Positions 14,456 to 28,592 of a DNA stretch of 64,000 bases are shown piece by piece; the first letter of the stretch is position 1, and the number at the start of each line of letters is the position of its first letter. The stretch covers positions 203,360,001-203,424,000 of the forward strand of contig NC_042997.1 of assembly GCF_006345805.1 (NCBI RefSeq). The letters run 5' to 3'. The position numbers were made by a program, and so were the translations under genes. This stretch comes from Octopus sinensis (taxonomy: Eukaryota). The notes beneath the pieces are model-generated. The model was not told the origin of the DNA and searched no databases. It saw only the letters and a program-made list of their open reading frames with translations.

Positions 14456-16476
14456 GTTAACAATCCTTGCAAGATTAACATCTAGCTTTAATAATAACCA
14501 AATGGTTTATTAAGCAATGTGTTCTAATCAAAACAATGAGATAACAATGCAATGAGAAGAATGGACATCTATGGAAATATCAAGTTGAGCTGAATGATTA
14601 ATAATAGTTGACTTACCAAAATTTAGAATTGACCAAACTACTTGCAAAAGAATTTGGTAAATTGACAAAAACTAATGACATAAACGTGTGTGTGTGTGGT
14701 GTGTGTGTGTGTGTGGTGTGTGTGTGTAAGTCATTTCAGAAAGAATGATGAGAAATTAATAATTACAAATTCACTGGTCTTGATAATAAATGTTTATTCA
14801 AGAAAAAAGATTTGCTTTTGAAGAAATCTTTACACAATTCTCCCCAGGTAATGTTATATTCCTCCAATTGATTAATTTTATATATTCATTGCAATAAACT
14901 TTCCCCTTCCACTAAAACTCTTATCTTTTCTAAGCAAGCTTTGCTAAAATCAATCTTTCCTGGGGTTTTTATTTTTATTATTTTTATAATAACAAAGAAG
15001 GAAAGTAAATTTATTCCAGAAAGTCAGTTCTACAATCATCTGTGAACAATGTGGTATTGTGGCTTTCATATCAGACTATGTCAAAACACCATGGCTAGAA
15101 AATGGTGCGAAAATTTATACAACAATTGAAGCTACTATAAGTAACTACTGAAAGAATCGGTAAAGACAGAAAATGTAGATATACTTGGTAAACAGAAGGA
15201 AATAAGAGAGTTTCCTGTATTATGGGGGTTAACCACAACCATTCCTCAGAAGTGAATTTGACTTAGTAACATGTACTGAGTTTTTGCTAATTGTTTTAGG
15301 TACTTATATAGAGGTGATGAGACAGACACTCCTTTAGGCTTCCCATGCTTGACCAGTGGAATATCAAGGCTGTAACAGCTGGAAGCAAAGTGAACTGTAC
15401 CAGCTCTGGGCTGGGACTCATTTCCATTGAGAAAACTAAAACATGCAATAAAGTATCATACTCAAAAGACACAGTAAGTCGATCATCCAAAGAATTGAAC
15501 CCACAACTTATGGTTGCGAGTCTAACACTAGCCATTCAGCCATAAATTATCACTGCGATGTTAATACAGTATACTACTAAAGAAATGATGAAACCATGAT
15601 TTTATAAATAAGAGTGAGTTTATCTAGTTTGCAGGATAGCAGAACAGTTTTGAGCACTTCAAATAAAATGGGTCTCCTAGTTCACACTGATCTTATAGCT
15701 CTAAGTTTGATTCCATTGCTGGACACATTTGGCAAGTTCTTCTACCAGAACTTTGGTTCAAGCTAAGCTGTGAGAGTGAAACTAAATAGATAGAAACTGT
15801 AAGGAAACTTGAACCTTATTTGAAAAGTGGTGCTATCTGTTTGCCCCATCACTTTGTAGTTCAACATAAAGACGATTCAAGTGTCAGACTAAAGTATCGG
15901 AATCAATATGTTCAATGAAACATTATTCCAAGCTAAAGACCAAGGACTAAAAGAATAAAAGAATAGCAAGAACCAAAAGCATTGGTTCTTTTGCAATAAA
16001 CTTTACCCTTCCACTAAAACAACTGGTAGGAGTTCGACATAAAATTAAGACAGTAGCTTTTTATCAAAACTGATATAGCAACCCAACAAAGGTGCCTCAA
16101 CATGCTAGAAATAGCAGCTGAACCTTACTGAAATCACATTGTACAATCTTTAAACAAAGAAAAAAAAAGGACAATGGGCAATGCAACCCTTGATATACTC
16201 TGCCTGAAAATAAGATAGGTTGTTCAGAGCTGGGCTGTCTTCAATCATAGTCTGCTCAATGGTCCCTCTTCCTAGACTGAAGGACATTTTTACTTTTAGC
16301 ACTTATGACTGAACTCACTAAATTGTATTGATTATTGATTTCACTATTCAAAAGAAAGATTTTTTTTTTAATCAATAATTAGTTTGGTTTAGTTTTTCTT
16401 ACTTTTTCTAAGCAGTGTTTCTAAAACAAAATTCTCATGTTTATAGAATATACAACTTTAGAAATAATACTATATA

Positions 16477-16853
16477 CACTACCGTCAGAAATTAATTAGC
16501 ACCCTTGATTTGCTCTTCACTCAAGGTATGTGCTGTCACCTAGTGGCCATATCTCGAACTATTGCTTTGTTGCAAGTTCACTGTTGCGCAGAACGATGAC
16601 GTAACTTTGTTTGCAGAGCAGTTTGAGAGTCTACAGCCTTATGATGTTGACATAGCAGTGCAACAACTTGGAGTGCGGATGCAGACAAATCTTCCTTTGT
16701 TTAATAGATATAGGTAGCGCCTCGCAAGGACCGAAATCACACCATACTGAGTTTTCTCATCGCGTAAGACGTTTTGAACAGCTCATAGGTTAATTGATTT
16801 AACCTATTTAATGTAGAAATTTGAGAAGTGCTAATTAATTTCTGACGCAAGTG
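16477..16853. mobile_element. Tc1/mariner-type MITE (377 bp)
   Basis: TA-CACTACCGTCAGAAATTAATTAGCAC ... GTGCTAATTAATTTCTGACGCAAGTG-TA: ~26-bp TIRs with TA target duplication and no ORF. Confidence 0.8.
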
Positions 16854-17274
16854 TATATTATTTAATGAACACAGGTCCTATATATGAGCTAAGCTATTTC
16901 AGGTTTCATGCTCAGTACCACATGTATACATACATGCACACTGTAGTTGAAGAGTTAACTTTGCAACCACAAGGTCTCAGGTTCAATCCCATTGTGGAGC
17001 ATCATGGGATAATGTAATTTTCTAAATCCTTGGGACAATCCACACCCGAGAATGAACCCAAGTAAATGAAAATTATATAGAAGACCACTGGATGGATTAG
17101 ATTTCTAATCCAAGAAGTACAACCATGTCACACTGATACTAACCATGAAATTACATTAATGGTACATGTATCTGTGAAATGCACAGACTACACAATTAAA
17201 TGAGCAGGTAACTTAGCTTATAAAACAACTGAATCTTCATTGTTGAAACTGACTGAAATACACACACACGTGTG

Positions 17275-18320
17275 TGTTAGGAGCTGAAATTCATCGCAGG
17301 CTTTCAGTACAATACAGGGACAGAACTTTGCTGCATAGATGTATGAGGGGATCAAGAAGTTTAAAAATGGCCAGACAAATGTGAATCACAAAGGGGAAGC
17401 AGAATGCCCAACTTCCAACACTAATGTGAAGAGTCAACAAGCTCAAGAGATGGTTCTGATGAACTGACAAGTGACCATCGATGAGGTGGCATGTTCTCTG
17501 CAAATTAGTCATGGTTCTGCATATGAAATCATTCACAACAAGCCTCAATCCATAAAGCCTGTGTGAGATTGATACAAAGAGAGCTCAAGAAAATACACAA
17601 GAACAATTGTGTGTGGATCTGTCAACACTTACTTGACCACAACAATGATGATGGCGAAGCTTTTTTGGAGAGCATAGTCAGAGGAACTGAGACCTGGGTC
17701 CATCGCTTTGAGCCAGAATCCATAAGGTATGGAGTGGAAATGTCCAAAATTGTTAGCAAAAAAGAAATCGAAGACTCAAACTTGCACAAAAAAAGTGATA
17801 GTAACATTTTTGGGGACACAAAAGGGCCTATACTGGAACATTACCTGGAAAAGTGGTTGACAATAACCAGTGTAGGCTACAGTGAAATGCTAACCAACAA
17901 ACTGAAACCAGCAATTCATACCAAATGCTGAAGTCTACTGTCAAAGCAAATGTTACTGTTGCACAACAATGCATTTGCACATTTAGCCACCATCAGGGTT
18001 GAGACTATTGAAAAATCAGATTTCAAGTTGCTGGAACACCCTGTCCAGATCTCTCTCCTTCTATCACCTCTTCAGACCACTCAAGCATCCTTTACAAGTT
18101 TGATTTGCAACAGATGAAGCACAGGCAACAATGCATAAATGGCTGCATGACCAGCTGCAAGCAAACCTTCTTTTCTGATGGAATAAATAAGCTTATTGAC
18201 CACTGGAAGAAATGCATTCAAAAGCAAGGAGACTATGCCAGAAAATGATGTAATTGTTCCACCTCTGCTTTTGATTTATTGAAATAAAGAAACGAGTGCA
18301 TACAATTTTTTAATCACACA
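17275..18320 (+). mobile_element. Decayed mariner transposon (transposase pseudogene)
   Basis: Broken frames give IVRGTETWVHRFEPE (cf. IVTGDETWVH), LLLHNNAFAH (cf. LLHDNARPH) and GINKLIDHWKKCIQKQGDY (mariner C-terminus). Confidence 0.8.
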
Positions 18321-19942
18321 CACAAAATAATGGCAAAGTATTTAACTGACCACAAGGACAAACATACTCTAATAACAATGTACGTATGAAATTGTTTTTA
18401 GACCATATAATATTACTGAAGAATACACAAATTATATAGAATAACCTGACTGCTATCACAACGAATATTGCCAACTCATATTACATAACAAAAATGTCAT
18501 ATGACATTACTTAGGGCTAATACAGTTACCTGTTGGTTACTGCATTGCTTGATTTGCTTGCAGCATTTAACAGTTGCACTCAAAATGCCCTAATGTGACT
18601 GAGGATATTCAGTGTTCCTTCGGAAACTAAAAACCAGACAAGGTTATATAACACCACCAGATTGGATTCGTTCAGTCAGTTGTTCTATTTTAACACTGTC
18701 CCTCTGAATTTGAAACTATGCTGCCAAGCCATTCTGTAATGAATTATAGATAACGTAAATACGATATAGCTTAACGACAAGTTTAGCTGTTACGTCTTAA
18801 TGTTACTAATAGTTAGCATCTCACACAACTAAGTTTTATGACATTAGTTAATTAGGAAGTAAATTACCTCCCCCCCTCTCCCTCTTGGTGAGCTCCAATG
18901 TGTGTTTATGGCAAATCAATTGCAACAAGATAAACAGTTGTATTAGACTAATTGTCTTGCCACAAGCTATCATACAGTTATTCTTACCACTAACAAGATC
19001 TAGAGAACATATTTAAGTCATTTAGCAGAAGAAGCAGAATTCAATCCATAGATACACTCCTTACATCTTACACTGGCAGTCTGTATATATTACAAATATA
19101 TTGACATTGGTATTAGTTATTGGTGTATTTTTGCAAGAGGTCAGAGTTTAAATCTACTTGGTGCACAATGATACTCCTTGATTCAGTGCATGTTGTGTAG
19201 CCCAGTTCATGTGTGTGTATGTATTTATGAATATATGTGGGTATGTACATGCATGTGTACATATGAGCATGTCTATACAGTTTTACATTCATATTTGTGT
19301 GTGTGCACACGTGCGCATGTGAGTATATACACACACACACAGAGTTTTACAGCCATTCTTCCATGCCAGCATGAGTTAAACAAATACACATTATCAAGGC
19401 ATTGTTTTACAACTGAGTGCCCTTCCTATCACTAACCCTTGCCTGTTCTTCAAGTAAGGGATATCTTATTCCATATTTTTGAAAGCACAATACCAATGGA
19501 CAACCTGTTGATTGGGGAAATAAATGGACTTTTTTCAGTTTCCATCTCCCAAATCCACTCACAAGATTTTGGTTGACTAAGAGCCACAGTAGAAGATTAT
19601 AGGGTCCACACAGTGTGACTGAACTTGTACTTAACCACATAGCTATGCCCGCACATTTTTATTATTTGAATAGAAAATCAAAAATAAAACAAAATAACAT
19701 TTGAGAACAGAGAATGATAGTTTATCATAGCTAATTTTTAAACTCTTGAAACCAACCAACCAAGTCTGGTTTTAGGATACAAGCTTCCCATTTGAAAGAG
19801 ATCTGAATTTGAACCTTCCAGCAAAATTTTATGTCAATTCATATTCCAAACAAGATTTAATAAAGTTATTTTACTAAATTCTTCGTTATATTTCAAAATT
19901 AACTGAAATGGAAGCAGAAATATGGTAACAAGGGGATCAAAC

Positions 19943-20175
19943 CAGTCGTTTTCAACCAGTTTTTGCCCTTTGATGGACTTTCATAACTATTTGATGCTTA
20001 AAAATTCTTAGATTTTTATAAATATTCGGAATTGCATAAAAATATAGTCAAAATATTTTTACGTACTGACCCTTGATGGCCCAGATAAGATTTAGCTGTT
20101 AAAAATTATATGCAATAAATTGATAACTTTTAACAACAAAATCTTATATGGAACCCGAAGGTTGAGAACCATTTG
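19943..20175. mobile_element. hAT-like MITE
   Basis: CAGTCGTTTTCAACC ... GGTTGAGAACCATTTG termini. A related element (TAGTGGTTCTCAAC..TGAGAACTGCTG) lies at about 12997-13183. Confidence 0.5.
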
Positions 20176-23100
20176 GTTAAACAATAAGTGTAACTAAGGA
20201 ATGCCAACTTAAGCAAACAACAGCAATGAAATATTTCAATTCTCACCCTACAAGGTTTACATTGAACAAATTACGAGGAAAAAATAAAACCCATAACTAC
20301 ATTGATAATGCATATAAGTTTGGATTATTTACATATCAGGTCATGCCTTATAATATACTAGCCAATAACTTGGTGAGATAATGATAATAACTTAAACATT
20401 TAAATATATTAATTTGGAGAAATATTAATAAGTCCAACAGTAGCAGTTTTGTGAATATATATTGGGTCTAAATCATTTATAGTATAAATGACTTTGGAAA
20501 GGGGGTGCAATCTTTTATTCCCTTCCAGTTTACACTTAATTGTTCTGGAAAGAAGATGCAAATTTAACTCATATATTTATGTCAAAATTAGGAGAAAGAA
20601 GGGTATCTATCAGGGAAAGCAAAGTCATTAGATAAAAAGAGCAATATATATTTGTTTGTACAGTCAAGAGCCACAACATTTATTTAAATTATATTAATAA
20701 ATAAAATATACAGCTATATAATTTTATGCACTAAAGAATATTGATTAATCTCTTCTAGTGGAAGGCTTTTATTGAGTTATCGAGTCTTTATAGTTTTATA
20801 GTTAATACTTTAAGATCCAGCTGGTAGAATGTTCAAGCTATTTTAAGCAAAAGCACTGGAACCCACAATTATACAACTCACATTATCACTTATTTAACTA
20901 TTCCTCCCTTTTTCTTAACCCTGTCACAAATCCCTTGCATCTCCTGTTACCGATTATACTCCCTCCATCCTCTCCTCTTACCATCCTTCAACATTCTTTA
21001 GAATCACCTATTCTCTCATTCGTTCTCCCTTGTTAAAGCAGCCACTTTAAGACACTTAGCCTTGCATGTTATGAGGCAATCATCACTAATGCTGGTGCAA
21101 GGGGAAAAAGTATCCAGTACACACTCTAAAGTGATTGTCATTAGAAAGAGCATTCAGCCATAGAAACCCTGCCAAAGTAGACATTGGAGCACAACACAGT
21201 CTTCTGACACATCAGACCATGCCAACATGGAAGATAGATGCTAAATGATGATGAGTTACACATAATAGCCCTAAGAGCAGTGACCACCACCACTGGTGTA
21301 CATAGTTGAAGACATCAAACTCAATATTTGACTGGTGCTTAATTTTAATGACCGCTCTCCTTCCAATATCAATAAAAATCAAAATGCAAAGAGAGCCTTT
21401 ATTGCAATATTGTCCCCGGGTTAATTATATCAAGAACTTCAAGAAGCATGTTATTTACATCAATTTTATAGTAACCTTAACCTTTCCCTTCACAGAAGTA
21501 TACTTTTACATCTTTTAGGTCAATTTCAGGATTATTTTTATTCAATTTCTTCTTTTTTCTTTTTCTCAACATCCTGTTATAAATTAATGGGTGATTTCCC
21601 ATTAGTCATTATAGCACACAGGGTAACACTTTACGATTATTATTCTACAGCAAAGTTGGATACTTTATACTAATACTCATAGTCCTCTTCACTAACATCC
21701 ATTATTTCAACAGTAAATTTGGCTTCATAACTTTTAACATTGATTATCAGACAAAAAGGAGTGTTTTCTGTCATACAGTGGTTGTGAGTTTATTGATTTC
21801 ATGTTTGTGTGTGTGTAGAAGAGAAAGAATGGAGTGTAAGATTTATCTTATATATATACATATATTGCTTAAGCATTGCAATAATAAGCTGGTATAAACT
21901 CAATATACATACACCTCTGAATGAAGCATTACTCAAGTATGGAGCAGTCATAAGAAAAGAAATGTAATTGTAATCGTTTAAATGTTGAGAGAAGGTTAAA
22001 ATGACTTGGAAAAAGTTCATCTGAACAAAACAAGTTTTAAGAACTGTAAACTAAACAAAACAAAAAAGAAAAGAAAAAGTTGTTTTGCATGGTTCATTTG
22101 GTTGATTCCTGCAAGGGAAACAATACAAGAATTCATTCAGAGATTTAAATCTTCAGTATTGATATGCGTGACTAAACAATTTAGATGTAATGCTGTTGTT
22201 AATGAGATTAAAGTAGAACAAGACTTCAATGAGAGACAGAGGAGGCTAGGATAGATTTTTATCAGGGACTATTAAAGACAAAGCTAATTAGAAAACCTAT
22301 GTTAACCGAAGTGAAGAACAGCAACAGGGAAACATGTGCCGACCAAATTTCCACTGGAGAGAGAGAGAGGGGTGGTACTATGTCTGTGAACAGCATAAAA
22401 CAGTCGGAGAGGAAGGTATGGAATGAAGAATGTATATATATATTCGGAAAGGTTGGATGAAGGGTGTATGTTATAGAATGCCGGTTGACAAGAGGAGGAA
22501 AGTGACTAGGCTGAGCTAAGCTAGCTAGCAAGCTTTAACAGGGGAGGATGAAATAACCATACATCATCAACTGTTTAACGCGAAGAAGAGGAAAGAAGCA
22601 AAGAAAAGACAGCATTAAAAGAAAAATTCTGAAACTGATGCAGTGGAATAGATGAAGCAATCAGTAAAACTGCAACATTTAAATCAACCAGCCTCTCAAG
22701 CTGAGTAAGCTAACTACACACATACAATATATACATACATATATGTGTGTGTGTGTATACACACACCGGCCGGTGAAGACACGTCTGGGGAAGAGAGAGA
22801 GAGCATTCGTAACAGCAAAATACATCACACATTTTTATATATATTTCATTTTTGTTTTTGTTACAGACTGCAGGCCTGCAGGTTTACATGAGAAAATAAT
22901 TTTTTAAAAATCAGGTTTTTAATGTATTAAGAATGTAATGAAAAATAATAAACAATTGTGTAGACCTTTCGATATTGGTGTTATAGAAATATGTTGCCTG
23001 CAGGGGTTAGTTACTGAAACAGCAGTAGTAACAAGTGTAGATTTAGAGATAGGCAAGTTCTAAAGAGGAAAGAAGGCTTTGTGTTCGCCCATCGCCACAG

Positions 23101-25750
23101 TATGTAAGGTTTTAAACAAATTCCTTTATTTTATTTACTTTTTTTTTTTTTTTGCCGGCTTTCCATGTTGGAAATGTCAAGTTACTAAAATCTTTGAGCT
23201 TCAACAATTTCAATGTGTCCGATTTTTGATGCAATAATTGTTCAACCCTTTACAAAAGTAAATAAGTGGAAGCGATCTTATCTCTCTCACACATGCACAA
23301 TATGTATGAGTGAGAAGCATTTAACTAAGAAAACACTGCATTTTATAGCAGAAACAGCTGTGAGCTAATGAAGTTCATTCTAATTTCTTATTACTTTTTT
23401 TATTCATAGTAATTTCTTTATATATATATATATAAACACAGCTATTTTCTTGCCATTTAACTTTCGAAATTAACCATTTTAGATCAGACTATTTGGTTTT
23501 TAAAACGTCCAGAGACATTTTAAAATTTGCGAAATAGGTAAAAATAAGAGATAATGATTCAATTTGTTGTTTTGAAAGTTAGGAAAACTGGAGAAACCGT
23601 TTACAAGTGTTTGAATGCCACATGTAGCAATGAGCGCTGCCATCTTTATTGTAATTGGCAACATTGAGTGGTTTAATAATAGAATAAGGAGGAGAAAAAG
23701 GAACTTGGGGGCTGGGAAAGAACAGAGTAAAATTTCTATGATTTCGGCACATCACACATTAAGAGGATGATTCGATAGAATTCAGGCAACAAATTCACCG
23801 ACAGAATTCCAAAGGAAACTTAAAATTATAGGCGTGTGTATGTGTGTGTTGGTATTTTGTATACGCATGGCTATTGTGATTCATCCAATTTATGTAGAAC
23901 AGACAACAGAAATGTCAGCTCTACACGTTATGAAGAAAGGTGAGCAATGAATACTTTTTTCAAACATAGTCGTGAAAAATCAACAGAAATAAACATACAA
24001 TATATGGGAAAACCTGAAACAGAGAGAGAGGGAGCACGTATACAAAACACTGCCATGTACCTAGACAACCCAGAAACCAAATAATGTTCTGCGTGTGTGT
24101 GTGTGTCAGCTGTAGCAGTGAGGGGTGAAAGCCAGTGTGCCGCGTCAACAGTTCTTCACATAACGCAAAGACAATTCGGGAATCTTTTATGTAAACGAAA
24201 TGAAGAACTGAAACTATTGCAGAAAAGCAACAGTTTGAGAAATTCCACCTGCTTAGCATTCAGTTCTTACAAACAGTGTGTGTGTGTGCGCGCGCGCAGG
24301 TGCGTAAGGGTGTACATGAGTACATACATACATATATGTGTGTGAGTGTGTGTGTAAAGTTGTCAAATCTTTATGTAAACAACAATCACTGGTACAAGAA
24401 AGAGGCCACATCGAAATGCTACATTTACTACATTCACAAATAAATCAACGTTTTTACACGAGTGACTGAGATCAATTAAAAGAGTTAATTGCCGTTTTAT
24501 TGTATATTTTATAGATACAAAACAGCAACACACACCTTAGAGGGATTCCACGCGTGTTTTGTAAATAATATTTTGAGCCAATGAGGTAACTAACCTCTCA
24601 TTATTAAGACTGATTGAACTAAATTACCAAATTACATTTTCTAAACAAAACAATACTTAATTTTTTGAAACATTCGGATATTCCGTTATGTCGTTTCTAT
24701 GCGGTTCTTTGTTTTATAAGGAGTGTTGTTTAGTGGAACATTCGACACGTTTATTCGAATATATGTGTGTATGTGCGGACAGAGACAGACAGACGAAACA
24801 ATAATTATTAGCTACATAATATATTTAGGATTATTCTTTACCTTTCGGTCCTTTGTTACAGAACATTCAAGATATACATTCATTGAGTAGGGTGATATGA
24901 AGGATAGATAGGTCAAAGGGAAAAAATATGCCAGCACATGGCAGATGCACAATAAACACACGTGTAACATCAATATTATAAGGGGTAAAAATAATAAAGC
25001 CAGAAAACATTCAGTTTTGGTTAACTCTATAGCTCGAAAGTATTTTCTTCACTAAATAAATGGCACTTCACAATTAAATGTTGAAATATAATTTATTAAT
25101 AAACCATAAGAGATGGAAACTTCAAATCGCTTAAGCACAGAAACATGAAACTATTTTGGTTTACTTTTTTCTTTATAAACAGAGACAACTTCAACATATT
25201 TACATGAAATGGAAAGAAAACAGAAGGAAAGGTTAATGTTTCAAAATAAATGTTTACTCCGGGTTAGCTTTGACTAAGAAAACACTAATTATAAGGTATT
25301 CCAACCATGACCATTCTAACGTTGTAAAACGGTAGGATGTGATTTGTGGGAGACTTGGGTGGAGGAGTGGAGTTTAGGTAGCGCGGCCACACCGATGTTC
25401 AACCAGTGTGTTATCAACAAGAGGTACTTTCTAGGGACGAAACTCGGAAAGTCCGACACATTAAACCAAGAGCAAACAGAAAACAAATAGCTAAATTGAA
25501 AAACTGCCAATTTTAATCGATATATATATACCAGCAACGATAGCATAATTAACAAAGAGTATACATATAGTACGATATAGAGGATGAATATTATTACTTT
25601 CCTGAGTAAGTTTCGTGCGAAACAGATGGATGTGAAATCGAATGAAGCTTGAAGTCTTAGAAAAAGTAATAATATTTAACTATAGAATATATTCATTCCA
25701 TCCTCTATAAAACGTATTGAGTACTCTCGTATTTGTTAGTTAAACAAATT

Positions 25751-25843
25751 ATAGATAGATAGATAGATAAGTAGATAGATAGGTAGATAGATAGATAGAT
25801 AAGTAGATAGATAGGTAGATAAGTAGATAGATAGATAGATAAG

Positions 25844-25886
<43 letters not shown>

Positions 25887-25994
25887 GTAGATAGATAGAT
25901 AAGTAGATAGATAGATAGATAAGTAGATAGATAGATAGATAAGTAGATAGATAGGTAGATAGATAAGTAGATAGATAGATAGATAGATATAGAT
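25751..25994. repeat. Compound (AGAT)n microsatellite with recurring AAGT/AGGT variants
   Basis: Direct reading; it explains the YLSI-repeat ORFs in the track. Confidence 0.95.
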
Positions 25995-26686
25995 GCACAC
26001 ATACACTCACTGAAGTAGACATAGAAATGCTCACAGTGACAGGAAGCAAACACTAAGAATGTGAAACCCAGCAAATATGTTACACTTGAGTCACTCGGCA
26101 TTCATAAGGATGAGGTGAGGAGAAGCTGACTGAAAGGGGTGGATGGAAATTATCGATCTGGGAGCAGGCGGGCTGCATGAAAGAAGAAAAAATGATTAAG
26201 CAAGTTTGTAACGAGCATGTTGAGTAAGAAATCACCCTGACCCTTACATTATTGACGAATACGAAAGGGAATTTGGGTGTGCAGTGTGTTTTTTGGTGAT
26301 CCTTGTTGCTTAGAAAATTCCTTAAAAGTGAATTTGTGAAGGCGAAATCAGAGATGACACTCATATAAACAGACACACCGTATGCATAGATGCCTTACTA
26401 CCAACCACCACACAATTTGTATACTATGAAGACGGGTAGTGGGTTGTGAATGGAATGCAGCGTGAAATCGAACTTCTATATCTTCTCAGTTACAATTGCA
26501 ACACTCTGCACTAACGTTCAGAGAGAAATAGCTATCAACCGGGATTAATTTAATAGGAAACCGCCACATCTCCACCATGATGTTGGAAGGAGGTGAAAGA
26601 AAAAATTAGCAGAAAAGTGTGATTTAAGCCATTTAAAATAATTAATGCACAATAACCTGATCGTGGTGTTTATTGTAATTACTTAC

Positions 26687-26782
26687 CTGGGCAACAAGAG
26701 GCACCAGAGTGTGTTCCACCGACTTGGTGCGTATCTCCAAAGGCAGCTTAGATTCCGACTTCGGCTGCGCAAGACCAGCCAT
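26687..26782 (-). CDS. CTNNAL1: First coding exon of an alpha-catulin-like (vinculin/alpha-catenin family) gene
   Basis: 32 codons, MAGLAQPKSESKLPLEIRTKSVEHTLVPLVAQ, ending at CAG|GTAAGT (phase 0). LEIRTKSVEHTLVPLVAQ resembles recalled alpha-catulin LEIKTRSVEQTLLPLVSQ. It lacks the WDPK and EPLV motifs typical of alpha-catenin. Orthology is from memory, not a search. Confidence 0.75.
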
Positions 26783-27470
26783 TTTGTTGTGCTGCTGCCT
26801 GGCTCCAACGGTGGAGGGAGGCGACGGCGAGGATACGGCTAGAGGGAGGGAGAGAGAGAACGATATAAAAAAATGAAGATAGGCAGGGAGAAGCAGGAAG
26901 AATATGTATAATGACACGAGGGGAGGGGGAAGAGAGAGAGAGAGAGCGGTTATAACGTAGCAATAAAAGAAGACACTCGGGAGAGAGAAGAGAAAGTCAG
27001 AGAGAGGAAAGAGAGTAAGCGAAAGAAGGAGGAGAAAGAAAGATCATATAATCACAGAGAGAGGAATAAAGTGAGAGAGAGAAAGAGAGAACGTGGAGGG
27101 GAGGAGAATGTGGCAGAGAGAAGAGAGGAAGAGAAAAAAAAAGAACAGATGAAGTCACAGAGAAAGAGAGAAATGTAGTAAAGAATTGGAAAGGAAGTTG
27201 AAAGAGAAATTGATGAAAGGAAAGAAGGAAGCGGGAATAGCGAGACGATGAAAGAGGAAGACAGGAAGAGAAATAAAAAGGAATTGAAGCAGAGAGAGAG
27301 AGAGAGAGAGTGAAAGAGACTGAGATAATAAGTCATTGGATGAAGAGATAGAAAAAGAGTGAAAGAGTAGAGAATGAATGACTGGGGTTAGAAAGGGTAA
27401 AGGTTGAATAAAGTAAAGGAAGCGGCGAGTGAGATTTAGAATGAAATCAAATCGATTCAAGTCTTGTTTT
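26783..27470 (-). promoter_or_regulatory. Putative 5' UTR/proximal promoter: short GC/CpG-rich stretch plus long GA/CT-rich tract
   Basis: CpG-rich sequence directly upstream of the ATG, then about 550 bp of polypurine/polypyrimidine sequence. The TSS cannot be placed. Confidence 0.35.
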
Positions 27471-27637
27471 TATTATTTTACATGATATATATAATGGAGA
27501 GAGAGAGAGAGAGGATTATTTATTGTTAATAAGGATAGAGAGAAGTTGACGAATAAATGAGAGATTGCAGGAGCATTGTCGTTAGTAGTAGTAAAACAAC
27601 GAATGACAATGTAGGGTTCTGATCACTTTACACACAA

Positions 27638-27703
<66 letters not shown>

Positions 27704-27799
27704 CTCTCTCACCTCTTCGTTAAATCTCACTCTTTTCAAATACTTTTTCTTCTTGCGCTCTCGTTCATTATTTTACCTTTAAATTTCTCTCACTTCCAA

Positions 27800-27836
<37 letters not shown>

Positions 27837-27972
27837 TAATTTTAGACCTTTTTTTTTTCTCCGGTTCTCCCCACTTTTTCAGGTTATTTTTTGCTCTTCT
27901 CTCCCCATTTTATTCGATTTACTTTTTATTCTTCTTTCTAAATTTTTCTGTTTTTCTTTTCTTGCCGTGTTG

Positions 27973-28030
<58 letters not shown>

Positions 28031-28550
28031 TTCTCTACTTTTCTCTTTCTGTGCGTGTGAAAGTGCGTGTGAGTAATTTCTACACCGTTGTTTCTCCCTC
28101 ACTTTTTCTTTCTCTCTCATTCACTTCTTATACAATAACACATAACACACATGGAAGGTGCAACAGACACCTGAGGTGTAACGAGAGATAAAGTGCATAA
28201 ATGCAACCAAAGGCCCCTTACTGCAAGTGAAATATAGAATGCTGCGCGTCGTTTTATCATTAGTTGACAACGTTTAACGCTCTCAAACAACAACAGCAAG
28301 CACATTGCATCCAATGTCCCCGTTGTTTGCTCTCAGTTGCAAGTGTTCTCATTGACACAGCAGCTGCAATAAAACTTGCAACGGTAATAAAGCACGTTCA
28401 CATTTCATACAAACTGACTCTTCTTGCTGGTAGATTCAAACTATAAATTTCATGATTCAGTTGGCTTTAAAGAAAGGAAAACTCTTAAAGTAATCTCTAC
28501 ACAAAATATTCTGTAACAAATATTTTATCTTGACTTCTCCCGGCCTCCCC

Positions 28551-28592
<42 letters not shown>

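Larger units (their letters stand above)
1..26686 (-). other. Putative intron 1 of the alpha-catulin-like gene, running off the window
   Basis: Starts at GTAAGT (26686-26681). No exon encoding the expected ITTL(I/V)N continuation was found by eye in 1-26686. Confidence 0.5.

Noticed and set aside
18530-18630. Exon-like segment on the minus strand ending CAACAG|GTAACT
   Set aside because: Stops in all three frames; a non-coding exon cannot be supported without RNA data.
18595-18640. CTGAGGA...GAAA spacing suggestive of a hammerhead
   Set aside because: No stem II, III or I pairing.
25705-26101. ORFs of YLSI/IYLS repeats, and similar YI/CV/LS/FL-rich ORFs at 27-29, 41, 46 and 54 kb
   Set aside because: Translations of microsatellites and low-complexity tracts, not genes.
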